From Vectrevirus PDP21P3: 45,588 nt of DNA. Of the stretch, positions 8,919 through 17,574 are shown piece after piece. The translations under genes and the position numbers were made by a program. The notes below the pieces were generated by a model, which was not told where the DNA came from, did no database searches, and saw only the letters and a program-made list of their open reading frames with translations. Location: sequence record OZ035804.1; one strand, written 5' to 3'. The first letter of the stretch is position 1. Every line of letters starts with the position of its first letter.

Positions 8919-8968
8919 ACAGTCATCGGGAGGCAACATAGTCAAACGGTAGGCGACTTAAGTTGCCT

Positions 8969-8982
8969 TGCTCTTTAACAAT
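8969..8982 (+). promoter_or_regulatory. rrn boxA-like antitermination motif, copy 1
   Basis: TGCTCTTTAACAAT, identical over 14 nt to E. coli rrn boxA (TGCTCTTTAACAATTTA, from memory); preceded by an imperfect hairpin. Confidence 0.45.
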
Positions 8983-9023
8983 ATGGCTAGTGTCTTGATA
9001 GGCTAACTATCGAGGTAATTATC

Positions 9024-9155
9024 ATGCGTAACGTCACTATTTACATTGATGGTGTTTATTCTCACACTATGGCAGTTAATAAGGAAGTATCTAATGAGGC
9101 TGTTTTAGATTTACTGCTTAGTCAGGGACTACATGATGTAATTGTAGTGGGGTAA
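9024..9155 (+). CDS. hypothetical early peptide
   Basis: 43 aa ORF with GAGG RBS; not in ORF track (short). Confidence 0.3.
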   Translation: MRNVTIYIDGVYSHTMAVNKEVSNEAVLDLLLSQGLHDVIVVG

Positions 9156-9196
9156 GGTAAGTGCTGGCAATAGCCAGCCTATCAAGACACTGGCTG

Positions 9197-9209
9197 GCTC
9201 TTTAACAAT
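9197..9209 (+). promoter_or_regulatory. rrn boxA-like antitermination motif, copy 2
   Basis: GCTCTTTAACAAT preceded by hairpin GCTGGCaataGCCAGC. Confidence 0.45.
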
Positions 9210-9267
9210 CTGCTTAGTGTAACCTGTGTATGCCGTGGTTAATTACTTATTGAATGAGGAATTAACT

Positions 9268-9366
9268 ATGAATTACGAAAAACTGTATAAAGCCTATTAC
9301 TATAACGCATTAGTGAGAGGAGAAGAGCCTTTGTCTTATGCTGAGTTTGTGGAGGCTTTATCATGA
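9268..9366 (+). CDS. hypothetical early peptide
   Basis: 32 aa, GAGGA RBS 7 nt upstream, stop overlaps next ATG (ATGA). Confidence 0.25.
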   Translation: MNYEKLYKAYYYNALVRGEEPLSYAEFVEALS

Positions 9367-9548
9367 CACTGAATAGCCGTGAACTATCCGTTCTCTTCAC
9401 CTTGTTATGCTATATGATATATAGAAATGAGTCACTCAGTGATGATGAGTTGTCTTTGTATCACCGCTTTCTTAACGATGGTTGGGTGGATACATTAAAC
9501 CAGAAACGTGACTTGATGAAGGAGTTAATTAATGATTCAGTTAACTGA
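9363..9548 (+). CDS. hypothetical early protein
   Basis: 61 aa ORF translationally coupled to neighbours. Confidence 0.4.
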   Translation: MTLNSRELSVLFTLLCYMIYRNESLSDDELSLYHRFLNDGWVDTLNQKRDLMKELINDSVN

Positions 9549-9681
9549 AGACCAATTAAAGCAAATCTTAGTTGATGCGTGGTTTGCTGGTCATGAAACA
9601 TCTCAATACACACCTAACGCTTATGGCGATGCTAACAGATATGCACGTTCTGTATTAAAGGAGGTTAAAGAGGATGCATAA
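9532..9681 (+). CDS. hypothetical early peptide
   Basis: 49 aa, GGAG upstream, overlaps the stop of the previous ORF and the start of the next. Confidence 0.3.
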   Translation: MIQLTEDQLKQILVDAWFAGHETSQYTPNAYGDANRYARSVLKEVKEDA

Positions 9682-9898
9682 ACACGAAATCTTTCTTAAT
9701 TCAGGAAGTGAGGCACTCCGATTACTAGAAGATATGGAACAGGCTGGCGTAGCTGCTGACCTCACAACCTTTCTTCTGGACTATGACAGAGATTATTACC
9801 GCGTTACCTTAGTGACTGAGTATGATAACCCAGTCATCACTGAGTACTTAGGTAGTGAAGATTATGATTACGATGAAGTAATCACAACAAATCTCTAA
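9674..9898 (+). CDS. hypothetical acidic early protein
   Basis: 74 aa, RBS AAGGAGG; strongly acidic Tyr/Asp-rich C-terminus. Confidence 0.45.
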   Translation: MHKHEIFLNSGSEALRLLEDMEQAGVAADLTTFLLDYDRDYYRVTLVTEYDNPVITEYLGSEDYDYDEVITTNL

Positions 9899-9905
9899 AT
9901 AACTG

Positions 9906-9934
9906 TTGACAGCCACGGCATACAAGGTTACATT
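9906..9934 (+). promoter_or_regulatory. host sigma70-type early promoter candidate
   Basis: TTGACA - 17 nt - TACATT, same architecture as the 8890 site, upstream of ocr. Confidence 0.45.
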
Positions 9935-9967
9935 AAGCATCAAGACGGCGACGTCTTTAAACATCCC

Positions 9968-9982
9968 GCTCTTTAACAATTT
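9968..9982 (+). promoter_or_regulatory. rrn boxA-like antitermination motif, copy 3
   Basis: GCTCTTTAACAATTT (15/15 to rrn boxA core), ~35 nt after the 9906 promoter -10; preceded by hairpin GACGgcgaCGTC. Confidence 0.5.
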
Positions 9983-10076
9983 GGATAGGTAGCTTCTTAG
10001 TCGGGATAGGTTAAATCTAGGAGATTCTCTTGAGTCTCCTATAATGTAACCTAACTAACTAAATGAGGATTAAATC

Positions 10077-10409
10077 ATGAAACGTGATGCAAACGCTTAT
10101 TATGAACTTCTGGCTGCAACTGTTGAAGCATTCAACGAGCGCATTAAATACGATGGTATCCGTGAAGGTGATGATTATTCTGATGCACTTCATGAGGTTG
10201 TAGGCGGCAATGTGCCGCACTATTATCATGAAATCTTTACTGTGATGGCTGCAGATGGCATTGATATCGAATTCGACGATGCTGGCTTGATTCCTGACAC
10301 TAAGGACGTAACCAAGATTCTACAGGCTCGCATTTATGAGGCGCTTTATAATGATGTGCCAAATAATAGCAGTGTAGTTTGGTATGAAGACGAAGAAGAG
10401 GAAGAATAA
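10077..10409 (+). CDS. ocr: Ocr-like anti-restriction DNA mimic (T7 gp0.3 homolog)
   Basis: ERIKYDGIREGDDYSDALHEVVGGNVPHYYHEIFTVMAADGIDIEFDDAGLIPDTKDVTKILQARIYE aligns closely with T7 Ocr as remembered; acidic poly-Glu C-terminus. Confidence 0.85.
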   Translation: MKRDANAYYELLAATVEAFNERIKYDGIREGDDYSDALHEVVGGNVPHYYHEIFTVMAADGIDIEFDDAGLIPDTKDVTKILQARIYEALYNDVPNNSSVVWYEDEEEEE

Positions 10410-10411
10410 AG

Positions 10412-10522
10412 ATGGAAAGGCAATATAATTTCATCTTTTCAGATGGTGTAACCCTGAAGTGTTCCCTCCGATTCGCACAGATTCGCGAGGAAGTGCTAGG
10501 TACTACATATAAACTATTTATC
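10412..10522 (+). CDS. hypothetical early peptide
   Basis: 36 aa ORF after ocr; weak support. Confidence 0.25.
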
Positions 10523-10536
10523 TGACACTATAAGAG
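10513..10536 (+). promoter_or_regulatory. degenerate phage-promoter-like site
   Basis: tatCTGACACTATAAGAGAGG resembles the consensus but with two single-base deletions; intergenic, upstream of the 10605 gene. Confidence 0.3.
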
Positions 10537-10604
10537 AGGATTTAACAGGGCGTTACTTGTTAGCGCCCGATTAAGTTTATCTCAATAAACCAAATAGGTG
10601 ACTT

Positions 10605-11489
10605 ATGACTACTGAAAACACCCTCCTGTCTGTTCGTGAAGCTGCAACCGCTGAAATCAAGCAACATTTGGATAATATCGGCACTTCTTACATCAAAGTA
10701 GGTGCTTGTCTGAATGAGTTACGCGGTGACTTTGAAGGTCAAAAAGACTTTTTGGCTTATGTAGAATCAGAATTTGGAATCAAGAAAGCACAATGCTACA
10801 AGTTGATGAGCGTGGCGCGTGTCTTTGAAGGCGATGATCGCTTTAAAGGCGTGGCGATGCGTGTAATGCTGGCACTTGTTCCTTTCGCTGATGAAAATAT
10901 CATCATGGAGAAAGCCGCAGAACTTGCCGCAGCGGGCAAGCTGGACACTAACGCCGTGAACGCCCTGATTGAGCCTAAGAAAGAGCCAAAGTCTGAGACG
11001 GTACAACCCAAGGCTGAGCCTGTAAAACCGCAGGAGAACGCGACTGCGGCCGCAGAATCACAGGAAACGCAAGCGCCGCAGGAAGTGCCGCCAGCAAGTG
11101 AGTCGGATGACGACAAATCAGCACCGTGGGAAGAGGAAAGCAAGCCGGAAGCGCCAAAGGCCGCGCCACTGGACAACACGGCTAACACTGAAAACGCCGC
11201 TATGGCTGGCCTACTGGCACAAATTAAGGCACTGACTGAGCAATTACAGGCAGCTAACGACCGCATCGCCGCCCTAACCAGTGCACGCGAAAGCAAGAAG
11301 GCAGCCGCGCCTATGCTTCCACAGTTTAAATCCTCTTGCTTTTACGCTCGCTTAGGTTTGAGCGCTGAAGAGGCAACGAAGAAAACTGCTGTTAACAAAG
11401 CACGCCGCGAACTGGTTAAACTGGGTTACGGTGAAGGACACGAGGCATGGCCTTTAATCTCTGAGGCAGTAGAAGAATTGACCAAGTAA
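10605..11489 (+). CDS. early protein of unknown function with acidic Pro/Glu/Ala-rich linker
   Basis: 294 aa; structured N- and C-terminal regions separated by a low-complexity segment (…PKKEPKSETVQPKAEPVKPQENATAAAESQETQAPQEVPP…); occupies the position of T7 gene 0.7 but shows no kinase motifs. Confidence 0.6.
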   Translation: MTTENTLLSVREAATAEIKQHLDNIGTSYIKVGACLNELRGDFEGQKDFLAYVESEFGIKKAQCYKLMSVARVFEGDDRFKGVAMRVMLALVPFADENIIMEKAAELAAAGKLDTNAVNALIEPKKEPKSETVQPKAEPVKPQENATAAAESQETQAPQEVPPASESDDDKSAPWEEESKPEAPKAAPLDNTANTENAAMAGLLAQIKALTEQLQAANDRIAALTSARESKKAAAPMLPQFKSSCFYARLGLSAEEATKKTAVNKARRELVKLGYGEGHEAWPLISEAVEELTK

Positions 11490-11552
11490 CCTTATCGGTG
11501 GCATCTTCTTAGGTGTCACCTATTAAGGTTTCTTTAACTGGGAGTACACAAA

Positions 11553-14180
11553 ATGCAGGACTTATACGCTATCCAGCTTCAGCTTGAAGAAGAGATGTTT
11601 AATGGTGGTATCCGTCGCTTTGAAGCAGACCAACAACGCCAGATTGCATCCGGTAATGAATCCGACACGGCATGGAATCGCCGCTTATTGTCTGAGTTAA
11701 TCGCACCGATGGCGGAAGGTATTCAGGCTTATAAGGAAGAGTATGAAGGCAAGCGCGGTCGTGCACCGCGTGCATTGGCTTTCATTAACTGCGTAGAAAA
11801 TGAAGTGGCAGCGTATATCACGATGAAAATCGTAATGGATATGCTTAATAATGATGTGACTTTGCAGGCTATAGCCATGAATGTAGCTGACCGCATAGAA
11901 GACCAAGTGCGCTTCAGCAAGCTGGAAGGACACGCCGCCAAATACTTTGAGAAAGTTAAGAAGTCACTTAAGGCAAGTAAGACTAAATCATATCGCCACG
12001 CGCACAACGTAGCGGTAGTGGCTGAGAAGTCAGTGGCCGACCGTGACGCAGACTTCTCCCGCTGGGAAGCGTGGCCTAAGGATACCTTGCTACAAATCGG
12101 GATGACCTTGCTCGAAATACTGGAGAATAGCGTATTCTTCAACGGGCAGCCTGTTTTCCTCCGCACCTTGCGCACTAACGGCGGCAAGCATGGCGTTTAC
12201 TACTTACAGACTAGCGAACACGTGGGTGAATGGATAACTGCATTTAAAGAGCACGTAGCGCAATTAAGTCCTGCCTATGCGCCTTGCGTTATTCCTCCTC
12301 GTCCGTGGGTTTCTCCGTTTAATGGTGGCTTCCATACCGAGAAGGTGGCGAGTCGTATTCGTCTGGTTAAAGGAAACCGCGAGCACGTCCGCAAGCTGAC
12401 CAAAAAGCAAATGCCAGCGGTTTACAAGGCTGTTAACGCTTTGCAGGCGACTAAGTGGCAGGTTAATAAAGAGGTTTTGCAGGTAGTAGAGGACGTTATC
12501 CGTCTCGACCTTGGTTATGGTGTGCCTTCCTTTAAACCACTCATCGACCGTGAGAACAAGCCAGCTAATCCAGTGCCGTTAGAGTTCCAGCACCTGCGAG
12601 GCCGTGAACTTAAAGAGATGCTAACGCCGGAACAATGGCAAGCCTTCATCAACTGGAAAGGCGAATGTACCAAGCTGTATACCGCTGAAACTAAGCGCGG
12701 CAGCAAGTCGGCGGCAACCGTTCGCATGGTCGGGCAGGCCCGTAAATACAGTCAGTTTGACGCAATATACTTCGTGTATGCACTGGATAGCCGTTCACGC
12801 GTTTATGCGCAATCTAGCACGCTCTCGCCGCAATCAAACGACCTAGGCAAGGCGTTACTGCGTTTCACCGAAGGGCAGCCTCTAAATAGCTCTGAGGCGC
12901 TTAAGTGGTTTTTGGTGAACGGTGCTAATAACTGGGGTTGGGATAAGAAAACTTTCGACGTCCGCACCGCTAACGTGTTAGATGGTGAATTCCAAGACAT
13001 GTGCCGCGATATTGCAGCCGACCCGCTGACTTTTACTCAATGGGTGAATGCTGACTCCCCTTATGGCTTCCTTGCATGGTGCTTTGAATATGCGCGTTAT
13101 CTGGATGCACTGGATGAAGGCACGCAAGACCAATTCATGACGCACCTACCCGTCCATCAAGACGGTAGTTGCTCTGGTATCCAGCACTATAGCGCGATGT
13201 TACGCGATGAAGTAGGTGCGAAAGCAGTAAACCTTAAGCCTTCTGACTCCCCTCAAGATATTTATGGCGCGGTTGCGCAGGTTGTTATCCAGAAGAATTA
13301 CGCTTACATGAATGCAGATGATGCAGAGACGTTCACATCTGGAAGCGTCACACTTACAGGTGCAGAACTGCGTAGCATGGCTAGCGCATGGGATATGATA
13401 GGTATCACTCGCGGATTAACCAAAAAGCCGGTAATGACCTTGCCGTATGGCTCTACCCGCTTAACATGCCGTGAGTCAGTGATTGATTATATTGTTGATT
13501 TGGAAGAAAAAGAGGCACAAAGGGCTATTGCAGAAGGGCGGACGGCTAATCCGGTGCACCCTTTTGATAATGACCGTAAAGATTATTTAACACCGGGCGC
13601 AGCTTATAACTACATGACCGCGTTAATTTGGCCTTCTATCTCTGAGGTTGTTAAAGCACCTATAGTGGCGATGAAAATGATTCGCCAACTCGCACGATTC
13701 GCAGCTAAAAGAAACGAAGGGTTAGAATATCCCTTGCCTACTGGCTTTATCTTGCAACAAAAGATAATGGCTACCGACATGCTACGCGTATCCACTTGCT
13801 TGATGGGTGAAATCAAGATGAGTCTACAGATTGAGACTGATGTAGTGGATGAAACGGCAATGATGGGCGCTGCCGCTCCCAACTTTGTTCACGGGCATGA
13901 TGCTAGTCATCTCATCCTGACTGTATGTGACCTCGTTGATAAGGGCATTACATCCATCGCAGTCATCCATGATTCCTTTGGTACTCATGCAGGCCGTACA
14001 GCAGACCTGCGGGATAGCTTAAGGGCAGAAATGGTGAAGATGTATCAAGGTCGTAATGCCCTGCAAAGCCTGTTAGATGAGCATGAAGAACGCTGGTTAG
14101 TAGACACCGGAATCCAAGTGCCAGAGCAAGGAGAATTTGACCTTAACGAAATCTTAGTATCTGACTATTGCTTCGCATAA
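11553..14180 (+). CDS. single-subunit DNA-directed RNA polymerase (T7/SP6 type)
   Basis: 875 aa (SP6 RNAP is ~874); motifs [18 protein letters not shown]-terminal …CFA; RBS GGGAG. Confidence 0.95.
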   Translation: MQDLYAIQLQLEEEMFNGGIRRFEADQQRQIASGNESDTAWNRRLLSELIAPMAEGIQAYKEEYEGKRGRAPRALAFINCVENEVAAYITMKIVMDMLNNDVTLQAIAMNVADRIEDQVRFSKLEGHAAKYFEKVKKSLKASKTKSYRHAHNVAVVAEKSVADRDADFSRWEAWPKDTLLQIGMTLLEILENSVFFNGQPVFLRTLRTNGGKHGVYYLQTSEHVGEWITAFKEHVAQLSPAYAPCVIPPRPWVSPFNGGFHTEKVASRIRLVKGNREHVRKLTKKQMPAVYKAVNALQATKWQVNKEVLQVVEDVIRLDLGYGVPSFKPLIDRENKPANPVPLEFQHLRGRELKEMLTPEQWQAFINWKGECTKLYTAETKRGSKSAATVRMVGQARKYSQFDAIYFVYALDSRSRVYAQSSTLSPQSNDLGKALLRFTEGQPLNSSEALKWFLVNGANNWGWDKKTFDVRTANVLDGEFQDMCRDIAADPLTFTQWVNADSPYGFLAWCFEYARYLDALDEGTQDQFMTHLPVHQDGSCSGIQHYSAMLRDEVGAKAVNLKPSDSPQDIYGAVAQVVIQKNYAYMNADDAETFTSGSVTLTGAELRSMASAWDMIGITRGLTKKPVMTLPYGSTRLTCRESVIDYIVDLEEKEAQRAIAEGRTANPVHPFDNDRKDYLTPGAAYNYMTALIWPSISEVVKAPIVAMKMIRQLARFAAKRNEGLEYPLPTGFILQQKIMATDMLRVSTCLMGEIKMSLQIETDVVDETAMMGAAAPNFVHGHDASHLILTVCDLVDKGITSIAVIHDSFGTHAGRTADLRDSLRAEMVKMYQGRNALQSLLDEHEERWLVDTGIQVPEQGEFDLNEILVSDYCFA

Positions 14181-14250
14181 TATTAATAGGCCATTCCTTA
14201 GGGAGTGGCCTTTTCTTTTACCTACTACCGGTAACATTTCATTAACATAA

Positions 14251-14270
14251 AGTGTCTCACATGTGAGACT
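14251..14270 (+). repeat. conserved palindrome copy a (agtGTCTCACATGTGAGACtta)
   Basis: perfect palindrome between RNAP stop and next promoter. Confidence 0.8.
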
Positions 14271-14271
14271 T

Positions 14272-14294
14272 ATTTACCGGACACTATAGGATAG
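14272..14294 (+). promoter_or_regulatory. phage RNAP promoter
   Basis: ATTTACCGGACACTATAGGATAG; +1 G at 14289 followed by 5' hairpin CCGTCggaGACGG. Confidence 0.7.
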
Positions 14295-14435
14295 CCGTCG
14301 GAGACGGGAAAGAAAGGGAAGATAAAGGATATAAAAGGAAGTAATAGGTATTAAAGGTTATATAGGTTATCTAGGAATACCTATTACCTTCTTCCTTCCT
14401 CTTATTACTACTTAGAGGAAGGGCAGATCTAGGTT

Positions 14436-14451
14436 GTCTCACATGTGAGAC
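14436..14451 (+). repeat. conserved palindrome copy b
   Basis: GTCTCACATGTGAGAC. Confidence 0.8.
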
Positions 14452-14456
14452 TTCGT

Positions 14457-14479
14457 ATTTACCGGACAGTATAGATAAG
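14457..14479 (+). promoter_or_regulatory. phage RNAP promoter variant
   Basis: ATTTACCGGACAGTATAGATAAG (one mismatch in the core, C to G); upstream of gp1.1-like gene. Confidence 0.5.
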
Positions 14480-14504
14480 ACTAACTTACTTTGGAGATTT
14501 AACC

Positions 14505-14633
14505 ATGCGTAACTTTGAGAAGATGACCCGTAAAGCTAACCGTTTTGACATGGAAGAAGGGCAGACGAGAGGCAAGAAGCTGAATAAACCTGTCCGTGAC
14601 CGTGCATCTAAACGCGCTGCGTGGGAGTTCTAA
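14505..14633 (+). CDS. T7 gp1.1-like small basic protein
   Basis: MRNFEKMTRKANRFDMEEGQTRGKKLNKPVRDRASKRAAWEF resembles T7 gene 1.1 product (MRNFEKM… as remembered). Confidence 0.6.
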   Translation: MRNFEKMTRKANRFDMEEGQTRGKKLNKPVRDRASKRAAWEF

Positions 14634-14636
14634 GTT

Positions 14637-14855
14637 ATGGCTAAATATAGAATTAAGACGTGTTTAAATAGTCACGGACAAGAGCAATACATAGTACAAC
14701 GTAAAGTATTAGGTTTAATATGGGTCACGTGTATGGTGCCTATTGGTTATACTGATACAGAGGCTATATTCTGCACCGAAAGGGATGCAAAGAAGTTTAT
14801 CTCGAAGCGCAGAAAAGCTGACTCTTATCAACACAGAATTATTAAGGTGAATTAA
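14637..14855 (+). CDS. hypothetical protein
   Basis: 72 aa; stop overlaps primase/helicase ATG (TAATG). Confidence 0.45.
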   Translation: MAKYRIKTCLNSHGQEQYIVQRKVLGLIWVTCMVPIGYTDTEAIFCTERDAKKFISKRRKADSYQHRIIKVN

Positions 14856-16843
14856 TGGCGATAATCAATAACATCCAATGCCCCGCTTGCGCTAAGAACG
14901 GGCATGATAAGTCCTCTAATCATCTTATGATATTTGATGATGGTGCTGGCTACTGTAACCGTGGTCATTTCCATGATAACGGCAAACCTTACTACCATAA
15001 GCCGGAAGGTGGCATCGAGATAACCGAGTTGCCAATTACTGGCAATATCAAATATACACCTTCTCAATTCAAAGAAATGGAGAAGGAAGGGAAGTTAAGC
15101 GACCCTAAGCTACGCGCCATCGCACTTGGTGGTATGCGTATGAAAGACCGTTGGGAGGTCATGAATGAGCAAGAAAGGGCAGACCAAGAAGCAGAGTGGA
15201 AACTTGATGTTGAATGGTTCCTCACGCTTAAGCGTAAGAACCTTGTTTCCCGACACATTCGCGGCGACATTTGCGCATTGTATGATGTACGTGTCGGACA
15301 CGATGAAGAGGGTAGAGTCTCACGGCATTACTATCCACGCTTCGAAGGTGGAGAGTTAGTAGGTGCTAAGTGTCGTACCTTACCTAAAGATTTTAAGTTT
15401 GGTCACTTAGGTAAGCTCTTTGGTATCCAAGATCTTTTCGGTATGAATACTTTGTCTCACGTGTTAGACAAGGGAAGACGAAAGGATTGCTTACTTATTG
15501 TAGGCGGTGAACTTGATGCACTAGCAGCCCAGCAAATGCTCCTTGATTCTGCCAAAGGTACTAAGTGGGAGGGGCAACCTTATCATGTATGGTCTGTTAA
15601 CAAAGGTGAGTCTTGCCTTGAAGAGATAGTACAGAACCGAGAGCATATCGCCCAATTCAAGAAGATTATTTGGGGCTTTGATGGGGATGAGGTAGGACAG
15701 AAGCAGAACCAACAAGCGGCTCGCCTGTTTCCCGGCAAATCCTACATCCTTGAATACCCTTCTGGTTGCAAAGATGCCAACAAGGCATTGATGGCTGGTA
15801 AAGCCAAAGAATTTGTGGATGCTTGGTTTAATGCAAAGTCATCTGATGAAGTCTTTGGTAGCCAGATTAAATCTATCGCATCTCAAAGAGATAAGCTCAA
15901 GGCTGCACGTCCAGAACAAGGGCTGTCATGGCCTTGGCCTAAGCTAAACAAGGTAACGCTGGGTATCCGTAAGAATCAGCTTATCATTGTAGGTGCAGGC
16001 TCTGGTGTGGGTAAGACTGAGTTTCTCCGTGAAGTAGTTAAGCATCTCATTGAAGAACACGGTGAATCTGTAGGCATCATTTCTACAGAAGACCCGATGG
16101 TCAAAGTGTCCCGTGCTTTTATCGGCAAATGGATTGATAAGCGTATTGAGTTACCACCAACCAACGACCCGAAAGAAGATGGATACCGTGAGGTGTTCGA
16201 CTATACCGAGGAAGAAGCTAACGCCGCCATTGATTATGTAGCCGATACAGGGAAGCTGTTTGTAGCTGACCTAGAAGGTGACTACTCGATGGAGAAGGTA
16301 GAGCAGACCTGCCTTGAGTTTGAGGCTATGGGTATTTCCAATATCATCATTGATAACTTAACGGGGATTAAATTAGATGAGCGTGCTTTTGGTGGGAAGG
16401 TTGGTGCACTTGATGAATGCGTCAAGCGGATTGGTACTATCAAAGACCGACACCCAGTTACTATATTCCTTGTATCACACCTTACACGTCCTCCGGCAAA
16501 CCGTACCCAACACGAAGAAGGTGGCGAGGTTATCCTTTCTGACTTCCGAGGCTCAGGAGCTATCGGATTCTGGGCATCTTACGCCTTGGGGATTGAGCGT
16601 AACACAAGAGCTGAAACGCTTGATGAAAGAACTACCACGTACATTTCATGTGTCAAAGACCGCGACCAAGGAATATTTTCCGGTACTCGTATAATGCTTA
16701 AAGGCGATATTGCTACGGGTCGCTTACGTGAACCAGAGCAAAGATCTCGACCGTTTGATACTGGTGCTCCAAAAGAACAAACTGTACCAGAAGAAGTGGT
16801 TGATAAAGGAGGTTTTATTGCTGACGAAGTTGAAGAGTTTTGA
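14855..16843 (+). CDS. DNA primase/helicase (T7 gp4-like)
   Basis: N-terminal Cys4 zinc ribbon CPACAKNGH…YCNRGH; Walker A GAGSGVGKTEF; Walker B-like IIIDNL; acidic C-terminus ending EEF. Confidence 0.9.
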   Translation: MAIINNIQCPACAKNGHDKSSNHLMIFDDGAGYCNRGHFHDNGKPYYHKPEGGIEITELPITGNIKYTPSQFKEMEKEGKLSDPKLRAIALGGMRMKDRWEVMNEQERADQEAEWKLDVEWFLTLKRKNLVSRHIRGDICALYDVRVGHDEEGRVSRHYYPRFEGGELVGAKCRTLPKDFKFGHLGKLFGIQDLFGMNTLSHVLDKGRRKDCLLIVGGELDALAAQQMLLDSAKGTKWEGQPYHVWSVNKGESCLEEIVQNREHIAQFKKIIWGFDGDEVGQKQNQQAARLFPGKSYILEYPSGCKDANKALMAGKAKEFVDAWFNAKSSDEVFGSQIKSIASQRDKLKAARPEQGLSWPWPKLNKVTLGIRKNQLIIVGAGSGVGKTEFLREVVKHLIEEHGESVGIISTEDPMVKVSRAFIGKWIDKRIELPPTNDPKEDGYREVFDYTEEEANAAIDYVADTGKLFVADLEGDYSMEKVEQTCLEFEAMGISNIIIDNLTGIKLDERAFGGKVGALDECVKRIGTIKDRHPVTIFLVSHLTRPPANRTQHEEGGEVILSDFRGSGAIGFWASYALGIERNTRAETLDERTTTYISCVKDRDQGIFSGTRIMLKGDIATGRLREPEQRSRPFDTGAPKEQTVPEEVVDKGGFIADEVEEF

Positions 16844-17306
16844 GGCCGCAGGTTATACCATCAAGGAAGATGGTACTATCCTTAACCCTAAAGGTGTAAT
16901 ACGCAAGCCCACGTCTTTAGGAAAGAAAGTAAAGTATTTATATGTAACTTGGAAACATCAAGGTCGAACAGTAACAGAACTTGTACACCGACTGGTTGCT
17001 TGTAAGTACATACCCAACCCACATGGTTTACCAGAAGTTCATCATAAAGACTTTAATCCTCTTAATTGTCATAAAGATAATCTTGAATGGACAGATGGGA
17101 AAACCAATTGTGAGTACAGCTATTCACGAGTAGAGACTGCACTTGCACGAAAGGCTACTTTGCTGTCACCTGATGGAATTAAACATGATGTGTTTAATGT
17201 TCGTAAGTTCTGCCGTGAACATAGCCTCAATCCACCTAGCATATTTGAAGTGCTTAGTGGTAAGCGTAAATCACACAAAGGATGGACTATTTACCGGACA
17301 CTATAG
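16818..17306 (+). CDS. HNH homing endonuclease
   Basis: HRLVACKYIPNPHGLPEVHHKDFNPLNCHKDNLEW = HNH motif; probable TTG start 5 nt after AAGGAGG (track ORF 16710 extends upstream into helicase in another frame); stop lies inside the 17289 promoter. Confidence 0.65.
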   Translation: MLTKLKSFEAAGYTIKEDGTILNPKGVIRKPTSLGKKVKYLYVTWKHQGRTVTELVHRLVACKYIPNPHGLPEVHHKDFNPLNCHKDNLEWTDGKTNCEYSYSRVETALARKATLLSPDGIKHDVFNVRKFCREHSLNPPSIFEVLSGKRKSHKGWTIYRTL

Positions 17307-17311
17307 AAGAG
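17289..17311 (+). promoter_or_regulatory. phage RNAP promoter
   Basis: ATTTACCGGACACTATAGAAGAG; +1 G at 17306. Confidence 0.7.
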
Positions 17312-17340
17312 ACAACCTTTGACGATGAACAGGAGTTTTA

Positions 17341-17502
17341 ATGGAAATTATTAAACCAGTATTGAATATCGGTATTGAAATCCTATTCATGCTTGTGATC
17401 GCAGATTATGCTGCACGATATGGATTCAAGAAAGCTGTGAAACTTATCGTTGCATCTGGTTTTATGATGTCAATGTTCTTTATTGTAACACGCCTTATCT
17501 AG
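17341..17502 (+). CDS. hypothetical small membrane protein
   Basis: 53 aa, AGGAG 5 nt upstream; hydrophobic segments. Confidence 0.35.
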   Translation: MEIIKPVLNIGIEILFMLVIADYAARYGFKKAVKLIVASGFMMSMFFIVTRLI

Positions 17503-17515
17503 TGTATTTATCAGG

Positions 17516-17539
17516 GCTTGTCTCACATGTGAGACAGGC
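17516..17539 (+). repeat. conserved palindrome copy c (gcTTGTCTCACATGTGAGACAggc)
   Basis: 18-bp perfect core plus pairing flanks. Confidence 0.8.
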
Positions 17540-17574
17540 TCTTATTAAGTACATTAAATAACTGGAGATTGATT

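Noticed and set aside
10767-11296. Minus-strand ORFs 10767..11006, 10796..11296 and 10975..11169
   Set aside because: Fall in the GC-rich low-complexity linker of the early 294-aa gene, where antisense open frames are expected by composition.
16710-16817. Upstream extension of the HNH ORF into the helicase gene
   Set aside because: Frame stays open upstream, but an RBS-supported TTG start lies at 16818 just after the helicase C-terminus; the extension is treated as non-coding overlap.
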